From Lepidodermella squamata (taxonomy: Eukaryota > Animalia > Gastrotricha): 64,000 bases of DNA. The position numbers were made by a program, and so were the translations under genes. Numbering within the stretch: position 1 is the first letter of the stretch; each line of letters starts with the position of its first letter. Positions 51,406 through 61,945 of this stretch are shown in pieces. The notes beneath the pieces were generated by a model. It did no database searches, was not told the DNA's origin, and saw only the letters and a program-made list of their open reading frames with translations. The stretch covers positions 4,340,001 to 4,404,000 of the forward strand of contig JBLDXI010000003.1 in NCBI GenBank assembly GCA_047495785.1. Reading direction: 5' to 3'.

Positions 51406-52739
51406 ATGCGGGAGAACCACGATATTATTCCCCATCTTCCTATTAGCTGTTTGGTTCCAGACAGTTACTCAGATTGCGGGCCGGGCGGGTGGTGGTGGTA
51501 GCAGAGGTTGCTGTTGACGTGCTGAACGTGATATTTCATTGATTTGCTTTTATTAGGAGGTGGTGCTCGATCGTCAGCTGGGCGATCTTCTGGGAGCAGG
51601 TCATCGGGTAGTCGCAGCAGTGGTAGCAGCAGCGGCAGTAGTCGAGGTTCCAGCCGCGTCTCATCTGCCTCGCGATCAAGCTACTCCTCAAGAACATCTT
51701 ACGGCTCATCGGCTGGTCGCTCGATGTCTTTCGCCGGGGGGACAAGAACAGCATACGGCAGTTCAGGCCGGGTTTACATAGCCAGCAAGCCGTCGTATTA
51801 CTACAGCGCATACAGCGCGCCCACCTTAATCCGATCGCCCATGTTGATAACAGTCCGCAGCAGGCCAACCTACTACTTCTATCGACCTTACTACGCAACT
51901 TCCATTTATAGCAGACCAGTTTTCAACAACCGCGCCCCATCACAATCTCCACCGTCATCAAGCTATCCCAGCTCCAACATCACAACCCGTACGAATTTTA
52001 TTTGTTGCTATTTTCGGAATTCATGTTGTGCTGCATAGAAATGGTGTTTGCGAACTTGGCCGAACATTGCAGTCAAACCCCAACGTACGAGATCGCGAAT
52101 AATGAAAGATATCTAGTGTTCGGTAAGTCGACTTTGAGATTCGATGTTGCTTACCTTTATTACGCTTGCTTTTCATTTATAGCTTCGACTCCTGATGGAA
52201 TGATAGATACAGCAACAACGCCTAATTGGTTAGCCCAAGGCTTCGCGCCAGATCTGAAAAACGAAACCGACGATTCAATCGATACGCCAGGCGATGACGA
52301 CGATGCTGGGGACTGCTTCTTCCGACTTGTCGCTCCAGCTGGAAATCTATTGAGAGTCAAGTTTGATAGTCCAAATTGCGACGAATGGCCGGATGATTGC
52401 TTTGTGAGTATATCAGACGGCGATACCGACGCTTCAGAAGACGGCTCCGATCCTCTGGTATTGAAAATTTAAGACCCTTTGAAACGTCATTACCATCTTG
52501 TATACAAATAGCTAATGGTAGATCAATCTGCTCCGTTTTCGTGTGGCATGGAGGCTACTTCTTCTGTTTACGCGATCACTGTGAACATATCTAGTTGCAT
52601 CGCGAGTTCGTCTTTGAACAAATTCGACTTCGCCTTGGTCGTCGACGTGGTAGATGCTGCGCCAATCGGTGCGAAAGCGAGTTTCCAAGTACTAATTGCG
52701 ATGCTTCTACTAGCATTCCATAACATTAGTTCGATATAG
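51406..52739 (+). CDS. Secreted, probably GPI-anchored protein: Gly/Ser/Arg and Tyr-rich tail plus CUB-like domain (paralog 2)
   Basis: Signal MRENHDIIPIFLLAVWFQTVTQIAG; 4 short introns; CFFRLVAP..LLRVKF..C..W...C.V.ISD; hydrophobic C-terminus; same Cys pattern as paralog 1. Confidence 0.78.
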
Positions 52740-53230
52740 TAATATTGTGAGCTCATGAAATTATATTCAAAATAATAAACCGATGAAAATTTCACTTTAC
52801 TCATCTGCGCAGTTTCCCAGACATTCAAATTACAGGGCTTAATTTACACTCTTAATTTATTAAGAGTCGCGGACATTTGAAAGCCCAACGTTGGACCCAG
52901 GGCTATCGATTTGATTCGATTAGATTTAGACATGGGGTTCCATTTTGATTTAGAATGCAAGGAATGCAGCCGCAAAGCTGAACGCGAAACTGAGTTTTTG
53001 CTATATTTTTCACGGAAATCGGAATCATTGGAATGGTTATTCCCACCCGGTGAAATATGAGTCTGACTCAGTTTTTTATGCAGAATATATCAAGCTAAAA
53101 TATTTCAATTTTCCGCAACTGGAAACTCTCTCAAGTACGAATAACCAAAAACGTGTGCTTATTTAGGCACAAATAGTCACTTCTTGAAGTGCGAATAAAG
53201 ATGGGTTTTTATCGGCTCACCGGAAAATCA

Positions 53231-53846
53231 TTATGTCTTGGAATCGACAGGTCGCCCAAGCGCCCAGATAAGAAAGAGATGCCGTAACACTCGGTACGCG
53301 ACTTTACCATAGGTATAGTTAATGCTTAGCGCACTCCAGCTGGCATTCTGCAAAAATCGAAGGGGAGAATAAGTAATCATGCTGTTGCTGCTGCTCCAAG
53401 GCAACGCCATCAAATGAATAAAAAATGGATATCGTCGCTCGGTGCCTACAAATATGACACATTCAAGCGTCAGATTTTTTGGAGCAGTAGTAGTCGGCTC
53501 CTCGCCACTTGACTCTGCGTCGCTTTCGCCGCGCAATCACCCATGTGCTCTCGACCGACGCTGATGTCGTGCTGTAATCGATGGCGACCGCCTGCTGCTA
53601 CGGAGGGATGATGTCTTGCGCCCAAGTATATCGAATTCATCTGATAGGTGCTGTCCAGTTCAGTGGTCACGCAGGCCGGTTTAAGACGGTGCACAGACAG
53701 GGAGATACTGGTGGTTCTCGGGTATGAATTCAGCCGTTTGGAATTGTATCCACAATTGCCCGACCTGTGACAGACGAAAAATGCCAACGGCTCGAAAACC
53801 ACCCGCTTTGCCCCATCAGGTCACGCAACGCGGTGAAGCGTTTCAT
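53231..53846 (-). CDS. Putative small spliced gene, unknown product (3' end uncertain)
   Basis: ATG AAA CGC.. exon joins the 53470-53802 frame through a gtggtt...cacag intron; a further 45-nt gtaatt...ttttag intron lies upstream. Confidence 0.35.
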
Positions 53847-54331
53847 TCGCGATTCCGGATGTCCCCCTAAAATCGCGGAACCAATTTCGATTAAACCGAG
53901 GTGCGAATTACCTTGAGTCGCTCCGAATCCGGAAAATTCGCACTAGGTGCTTTCCCCTAGCCGAAATATTCAGTTTAGCAGCACAACAACGTTGGCGAGA
54001 TGCGAGGCAAGGGGATCGCAAACGCGAAGGCCGTTTCGTATTCTTCGGATACGCGCTGTGCGCAGTTGGCACCTGTTGCTGATGACTGATGCGCGATATC
54101 GCGACCGGGACAGCCACTTGCATTTTACATATAAATAACTCAGCTTCAATTCAACTGCAAATTAAACGCACTTTATGTAATCCAGCCCTACTAATTATAT
54201 TAATCGTATCAATTAATAGAACTATTATATTTATCTGATATATATATTCGTCAAAGCGGTGCACCGGTGTAGCTCAATTCGCACACAGGACAGGTGCTTC
54301 TTGTGTGTTTTATTCGTGGCCCAAAACAAAG

Positions 54332-57300
54332 ATGCGACACTTGGCTTGGATTTCTGCCGTAGTTGTTATGGTTCGAATAACTTCTGGCGGAGATGGCGGA
54401 GATAAGGAGGAGGATGAATCAGCTTGGAACAGCATTCGTAAATTGGCGTCTCTCATACAGAACGACGACGAAAATTTAGTCTGCGTTGATTCTGTGGACA
54501 ACACATGGGTGAAGATTTTGCGCTTTGTCGGGGTGAACAAGAAAAAGTGTTTTGAGATCGCTGTCACTCCCGGGAGGAGAAAACTCAATTTCGAGGAAGC
54601 TAAGCAGTTGTGCCGTTACCGAGCGATTGATTCGCAATTAGCTGTGATAAAAAACGCCGTAGACCACACAGCTGTTGGATACGCTCTGGGAAACAGTTCA
54701 ATCGAACTCGATGATGAAAATGGTGCGATGATAGGATTGCACAGGGTTATCGGATCTTGGAAATGGATTTCTCCGCGATTTCACGAAAAACGCACTCTTT
54801 TTCATCAAGGATGTGTAATTTCATCGGCCAATGGCAACAATAATAATGCTTCCGAAATCCCCAGGTCAAGTGTCGCATTTGAGTGTGCAATTAGATGCAA
54901 CAGCTCAAGTTTTCGTTACGCATCATCTGGTATCTATAACAGCAAGGAATGTCGGTGTACGAACGTTATCGACTGGTCGCGGGTTATCACTTGTAGTTTG
55001 AGTTCGGAGCTGCTGGGGAGGAACACGACATCGAGCGTTTATGCGGTATTTGATTTGAAGGGGATGCAAAACATGAGCATCAGTGAATCGCCTAAAGATA
55101 AATTCGGCTTCTTTCTTGAACCATGGACTACTAACATGAATCTGAATGATAGTTGGAATAGCAGTACTGCATCGAGCGGATGCCTTGCGCTTGAAATGGA
55201 CGCGATGGGAAATTCCACATTCGTCCAACGCGATTGCTCGATAAAATTGCCATTCATTTGCAGAAATTTTTCCGCAGACATCAACTGCAGCATCGATCGA
55301 AATGATTCATCATGCTATCTATTGCGGGATGACGCGCAACAATTTCACTTGGCAGTGGAAGGATGCCATCGATTAAGTCTTGAACTAGCACCAATAATCA
55401 AAGCGGAAGATTTGGCGCTTGCTCATAAATCAACCCTTAATTATTTAATTTTCAAAAACGAGACGACATCTAATTTTTCAATCGAAACCAGTATAGCGCA
55501 ATTCTGGATAGGAGCGAACAACTTTGAATATCTGTGGTCTGACGGCAGTAGTCTAGCTCCTAATGATTTTACTCGCTGGAATTCATCATTCAACGTCGGA
55601 ACTGATTTGGATTGTGTAACTTATTCCAATGACGAAGAATCAGCCAGCAGTTATGTGTAAGGAAAATTAAGAAAAAGCTTGTTGCATAACTCATTTGTGA
55701 TTTTTGAAGTTGGTCGGCGCATGCCTGTTCCTCAAATATTGTAGTTTGTTCACGGAATATATGGGAGCTGCCGCCAGGTTTTAACTTCTCTTCTGAAAAT
55801 GAAACGACAACCAGGAACTACAATTATACTACGGCAAAACATAATGCAACAAGCATCGCAGCTAGCAACAGAACAACAACTTTGATAGGCGAATCAACAA
55901 CTACTCCATGCAGGTTGTTTAGCACATCCACGGAAGCGGGAGTGAAAATAGCTACAAGGAAAATCGACTGTTTTACCACAGGGGCGACCCAGACAAAACT
56001 CCCTGCGACGCAGTCTTCTCTAATTCCCAGCTCACCTTTTCCAGGAACCATTTCCGCCGCGCCGCCCGAAAACCCGAATTCTCGAGGCGCTCAAGGTCCT
56101 CCGGGGCCACAAGGACCCCAAGGCGGATCAGGTCCTCAGGGATTGCAAGGACCCCAAGGCGGATCAGGTCCTCAGGGATTGCAAGGACCCCAAGGCGGAT
56201 CAGGTCCTCAGGGATTGCAAGGTTGGCCAGGTCAATGCGAGATCTCGTGCATTCCTTCGCTAATTATAAGCGTGATCAGTCTTGGCTGTGCAATACCTTC
56301 CGCAGTTTTAGCTATCAAAAACTTGAGAGAAAATTGCAAATCCAACTCTGCGACTGTGACACCGACTGCAGACCAGATGAAGCCTAAAATACCGCCACCG
56401 ACTGCAGACCAGGTGCAGCCTAAAATACCGCCACCGACTGCAGACCAGATGAAGCCTAAAATACCGCCACCGACTGCAGACCAGGTGCAGCCTAAAATAC
56501 CGCCACCGACTGCAGACCAGGTGCAGCCTAAAATACCGCCACCGACTGCAGACCAGGTGAAGCCTAAAATACCGCCACCGACTGCAGACCAGATGAAGCC
56601 TAAAATACCGCCACCGACTGCAGACCAGATGAAGCCTAAAATACCGCCACCGACTGCAGACCAGATGAAGCCTAAAATACCGCCACCGACTGCAGACCAG
56701 GTGCAGCCTAAAATACCGCCACCGACTGCAGACCAGATGAAGCCTAAAATACCGCCACCGACTGCAGACCAGGTGCAGCCTAAAATACCGCCTCCGACTG
56801 CAGACCAGGTGCAGCCTAAAATACCGCCACCGACTGCAGACCAGATGAAGCCTAAAATACCGCCACCGACTGCAGACCAGGTGCAGCCTAAAATACCGCC
56901 TCCGACTGTAGACCAGGTGCAGCCTGAAGTCCGGATCACTGAGACTTTGACTACGCGCCATTTGGAGACAATTGTAAGAAATCTCATCAATGAAATGATG
57001 GTCGAGGCATTCTGTCGTCCGCCTGAATCGAACCAGATCAATGTAACTTGGAAGGTTTATATGCAGGAATGGATTTCGTTCTTGTTGGAGAATCACATAG
57101 GAACACAACTAGGACCTCAACCTGAACGGGGAAATGGAGGACAGGACCCTCCAGATACGCCTGACCCACCAGTCCCTAAACGTCGCATCTATTCGAAGCG
57201 TCGAGGCAAGCTGACTGTTCCAGTTTTTCTCAAACATTCGAGCAAAAAATTAACGAAATCAGCTAGCCGCAATATCGGAGCAAAATATTGCCAGCAAAAT

Positions 57301-57447
57301 TGGGGAAGCTGTCAAATGAATGAGTCGATTTACGGAGATCGGAATGATCTTGAAGAACAACAGTCTGTCGAACATTTCCATTATTTGGGTACCTTTGTTC
57401 CGCTGAAAAGCAAGGACCGCAGTATGAGTAGTCTTGAACAATGGTAG
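54332..57447 (+). CDS. Type I membrane protein: CTLD with inserted WSC-like domain, second CTLD, Thr-rich stalk, short collagen, TM, Pro-rich repeat tail
   Basis: Signal peptide; NFEEAKQLC, IGL, DCSIKLPFIC; FWIGA..WSDGS; one intron (~55657-55709) joins the two long ORFs in frame; ~14 Gly-X-Y triplets; TM IPSLIISVISLGCAIPSAVLAI. Confidence 0.85.
56362..56926 (+). repeat. Coding minisatellite, 36-bp unit, ~16 copies (PPTADQ[MK/VQ]PKIP)
   Basis: Tandem ACCGCCACCGACTGCAGACCAG[ATGA/GTGC]AGCCTAAAAT, no spacers. Confidence 0.97.
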
Positions 57448-58832
57448 GAAACCCGCCTACCATCGATAACATGGATAAATTATTACTCATATCTGGTAAA
57501 ATTTAAAGGGTCTTGCCTGTTAGCCTGTTGCCTGTTAGTGGAACCAAATTTTGGAATTTTCAATGGGCCTAAAACCACTTTTTGAAGCTTTCAAGGATGT
57601 CTTGATTGATCAGCATACCTACCTACTAACTCGAAATAAAACATTCCTTTATCTATTTATTTTGAAGCTTTTACACCCATGAGAGGGTAGAGCTCGACAT
57701 CTTTAAATTCAGCGTGAAATTCTGTGTAATAGACGCATTCTTCACTAAAGAGTTCTTACACTGCCTCAGTTTTGAATACATATTCCATATTCGAAAAACG
57801 AAATGTTGCTTATCTAAAATTAGGTTCCGCAACATGCAGATTAGGTTCCGCAACAGACAAGTTCGGACACACACCGAAGCGCCGTCCGAAGTGTATATCT
57901 ATATCTATAGATTTTGGTTTTGTGACACCGCTGTGATTATCGCTACATTTATATATCTATTTGTGTTATTGGCACACTGTGACATCTATAACTTAAGAGT
58001 GATAATGCGCCCTAAGCCCAACGTTGGCCGGCGCGGAAAATATTTTACAAATGAAATACACGGCTTGTTTCTGTCTCATTTCATTTCACATAGTATCTTA
58101 TATTGGTATCTTACCTATATAGTATAAGTCTCAATAAATTTGAAAAATTTGAAAATTGAAAATTGTTTTTCGCAATGCTGAACCAGCGCTAAATAAAAAG
58201 TAGCAATTTGAACAAATGCAGATGAAACAGCTAGGTTGAACCGCGCAGAACCAAGTGATGTGTTGAACGGGAGGTGAAGCATCGTTTCAATTAGCTACTT
58301 TCGTTCACCTCCAAATTCTTTCGGCGCCGATATTCGGGCATTGCATTTTTGCTGTAAAAAAATTCTGTCAGCTGCGATTATATACTGAGTTTATTTGCTA
58401 ATATTGCGCTTGCTTTATTGGAGATTCATCACTGGTCGCGAAGATTCAACAGCAAACGGCGGTTTTTGACCAGCAAAACTCCGCAAAATTAGTTGATTAA
58501 ACACGTGTATACATAGATATATTTGGAATACATATAGGTACGTACAGGCAAAAGAGGAAGAGATTCGCCTGCCTCACCGGCTGAGCAATGCCACCAGGCC
58601 TATTTCGACTCGAGTAAGTATATATAGGTAGCAATTTTAATCAACGTTGCGTATAAGAAATAAAGATCATCTCACCTGTATGTGCATAACAACGATCGAC
58701 GAGCAATACTGATTGAGCTAGTATATAATATGGAGATGTATATAAGAAGCAACCGCACAATATCGGTGGTATACTAGACATGCGGTTGGCGTAGAAAAAA
58801 AGCAACAACAAAAAAATGAGTCATTGTGTGGG

Positions 58833-61800
58833 TCAGAAACGCGGGCCGAATAGCGACAACGGCTTGCGGCGCGACTTGCAGCACCGCGGGCACGTCGCCG
58901 GCGCGTTGCGCTTCGCCCACTCGCTGTAGCAGCCCTCGTGGCACTGGTGGCCACACGACAGCGTCACCGGTTTCGCGGGTCCGCGGGTGAAGCACACGCC
59001 GCAGATGAACGCCGCCTGGCTGCTCGTCGATTCCGACTTCTGACGCGTCAGCACAGGCGGTACTGTTTCGCCGATTTTCACCTTCTCGAAGTGCGACGAC
59101 CGCGCTGCGCCGTTGCTAACAACCAGCACGGGCGAGACAATGTGGGCCCGTGAGTACAAAGCCGGCGACGAGTCGTGACCGCTGAACGACGTTGACTTGA
59201 CTCGCGTAGTCGTCTTTTCAGGGTGATCGCCACTGTTGCCGACGAAGGTCACCTCGAACGGTGATGGCGGTGGCGTTGAGGCGGTGATTGAGTGTCCCTC
59301 GGGTAGCGCAGTCGATTTCGGTAGGGACGATTTCGCGTTGTGGGCATTTCGGAAGGCCGTAAATAGGCAGGCGCCGTCGATAGCCTGCGTCAGCTCGTCA
59401 CAGTCCCGGGCTGCAGTCAATTCGGCCAGCTTGCCCTTGCATGTCGATAGCGAGAAGAGGCGCCCGGTAAATGCCGAAAACGGGATATCGCCTACGTGGA
59501 TCCACTTCACGTGGAACTCGCCCAAAACTTCAGGCCGCCTATAGTAAAATAACAACAATGTAATAAGTTGAATTTTCGCAGCTTCATTGAATACGAAAAT
59601 CGAATTCCCACCTAGAATATTGTCTTGTCCAAAATTCAATAAATTCGGAACGATACCTCATCTACTTTAAAAAAGGGTCGAATGGCTGAAATCGACAGTA
59701 TAAATAAATGTGAAGATCTCATGGGCTCGGTAACATTCATCATAAGAGGGTAAACATATATGCTTAAAATTAATTGAAATAGATTGAAAATATGACATTT
59801 CAGGTCAAGTGGAGACTTTGAAATGTTAGCGAAGCTCCAGAGATTTCCCGGCACATCAAGCTACAATAGGAATCAAGCTGAAAAAGCAACAAAGCTGAGG
59901 TACAAATTCAGATCAAGATAAAAATAGGTACACATACCTAAACCCTTAAACCGTACTCTTATGATGTACGATCCCTTACGTTCCCGGAATTTTTCTCCTG
60001 ATGTCTTAATAATAACGTTACCTTTCAGGAAAAGAGGGTAGCCATGTGGGTACAGCGTTGAAGTTAACGGGAGACGTCATTTCTGCCATGCCGCAGAAGC
60101 GATCGGTGCTCCAGACGGAGAAAAACAGGTACAAGTGCCCGGAACTGGGACTACACAAAAATCATTGGAATGACCTTCGATTATTAAAAACTAGACTCAC
60201 TATCTCGCTCTGAGATTTGTAAAGGCCTTGTGCAGCCGGCCATGCCCGCCCATAGTACCGGCTGCCCAGATGCCTCGTTCAATCGAAGCAACCACGTCCT
60301 GGCCAATAGCTGGTCGGCAGATGAAGTAGCGAACATTCGACGCATCCAGCGAGGCGTCACACGGCGATGCGTGGACATTAGGCTGGATTTCAATCGATGG
60401 CCAGTCGTGTTGATGCTGTTCAGTCAAATCAGACTCGCTGAACACGTCATCGACCGCCGTCAGTTTCGACGAGCCCGACGTCGCGCCTGTACCAACGGCG
60501 ACCGGGCCGATGAGGCGGCGCAGTTGCGGCCAGAATTGCCCGAAACGCTCGCGGTCTTGCAGCAAACTAGCACCCTGCGAGCACAGATCGTGGTAACTGT
60601 GAATCAACCGCCGACCGATCAACCGGTTGTCGATGCTAGACACGATTTCCGTGACATCGGGCGCGTCTTTCGTTAAGGCGGCTCGTCGGTCGGGCGTCAC
60701 GGCTTGGTCACGGATTTTGAAGCGAGCAAACGGCAGGTCTTTGACGTAGAGCCACTCGACGTAGAATCGTGTTTTGTTAGCGAGATGGCGCGCGTGCGAC
60801 GGCACCCAGGCGTCATCTCGCACTTTTTCAACAGCAGACGCCATTTGCGCGACCCCGCAGAACTCCTCGGTGCCACTCAGCGAGAAAAACAAGTAGACAT
60901 TGGAGGAGTTAATCTTCGCCAGTTCAAACGCGTCTGACAGTCGCTGATTAGCGGCTGGCGAGCTGGCAGCCCATGCCGAGTGATAGATCGAGGCTAGGAC
61001 GTCGACAGCGCTAACAGGACGCAGCATAAAGTAACGAGTTGTCGGCGAATTTTCCAGCAAATTGTAGTGATCAGGACGCTTGACTGCGTCACGTAGGCGC
61101 TGGTAGCACTCATCCAGCGTAAGAACTGCGTGGTTCGAGGCGCAAACTGGAGCGGAGGGTGGGCGCTGAACTGCAGCGGCGTAACTCATCGACGAGGGCG
61201 TACCCGCGCCGCTGTCCATGTCTCCGGCTCCGTTGAGGAAGCCGCCTCCTAGAAGACCCAGCGAAGAATGCGAACGGTCCGTTACATCGATAAACAGAGC
61301 CGCTGTGTTGCCCAGGTTCGCTGAGCAGAAATTATTGGCGGCGCTAGTCGGCCGCGGCAAATTCATTCCATCGCCTGAAAAAATGAACCAATTATCCAGG
61401 AAAAACTGTGTTTAATCATTCAAGCTCAACCAATTAAGGAGGACTTGGCCTGCCGCATCATATGAGGAATGCCGCCGGCAGCTAATTTCGTAAGCGTTTT
61501 AAAGTCACACGGGCCGAACGAGCCGGTGATCGGCGGCGTGTCCTCCAGGGCGGCGCCGTGCTCCAACTGCAACACAGCTGTGTCGAACGTGTTCTCGAGC
61601 TGGCGCCGCTCGTCGTCGCACTCGCGCCGAGTTTGCTCAATGAGCTTGGCGATCGGGGAATCATTCGCCCCGCCAGCGGCGACACTGGCTAACGTTTCAA
61701 GGAGATTATCCGCACTTCGGAACAACGCCTTCCAGCCGTCGAATTGGGCTGATACGTAGTCCACCTTAATCACCACAAGAAATCTGTTATCATCTACTAT

Positions 61801-61858
61801 CAAGGTCATGCATTTTGCCAACCTTTTTCTTCACGCTTGGTTCGAAAAACCCGTGCAT
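58833..61858 (-). CDS. Tandem YTH-domain plus C-terminal RING-H2 protein, ~792 aa
   Basis: Exons 61858-61823, 61764-61431, 61374-60201, 60150-60022, 59538-58833 splice in frame (2379 nt). Two copies of RYF..R...D...S...W / YLFFS....FCG.A.M.S / F.V.W..V.D.PF; C-terminal CGVC-x12-CGHQCHEGC-x12-CPRC. Confidence 0.88.
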
Positions 61859-61945
61859 TTCCCTTTAGCGGAAGCACGCAACAAGGAAAATAAAACGAGT
61901 TACTACGCTAAAAACGAATGTATATTATCATTGTAAATAGCATTT

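Noticed and set aside
53890-54070. RNase MRP/P or 7SK RNA (several hairpins, GGGGAAAG)
   Set aside because: Lacks GAAAGUCCCC/CR-V pairing and paired GAUC motifs; splice signals point to an mRNA
54265-54310. tRNA-like start CCGGTGTAGCTCAATT
   Set aside because: No B box or T arm; only a single hairpin follows
56362-56926. CRISPR-like array of 36-bp repeats
   Set aside because: No unique spacers; it is an in-frame coding minisatellite in a eukaryotic gene
56232-57108. Long minus-strand ORFs (269 and 266 aa)
   Set aside because: Shadows of the stop-free tandem repeat
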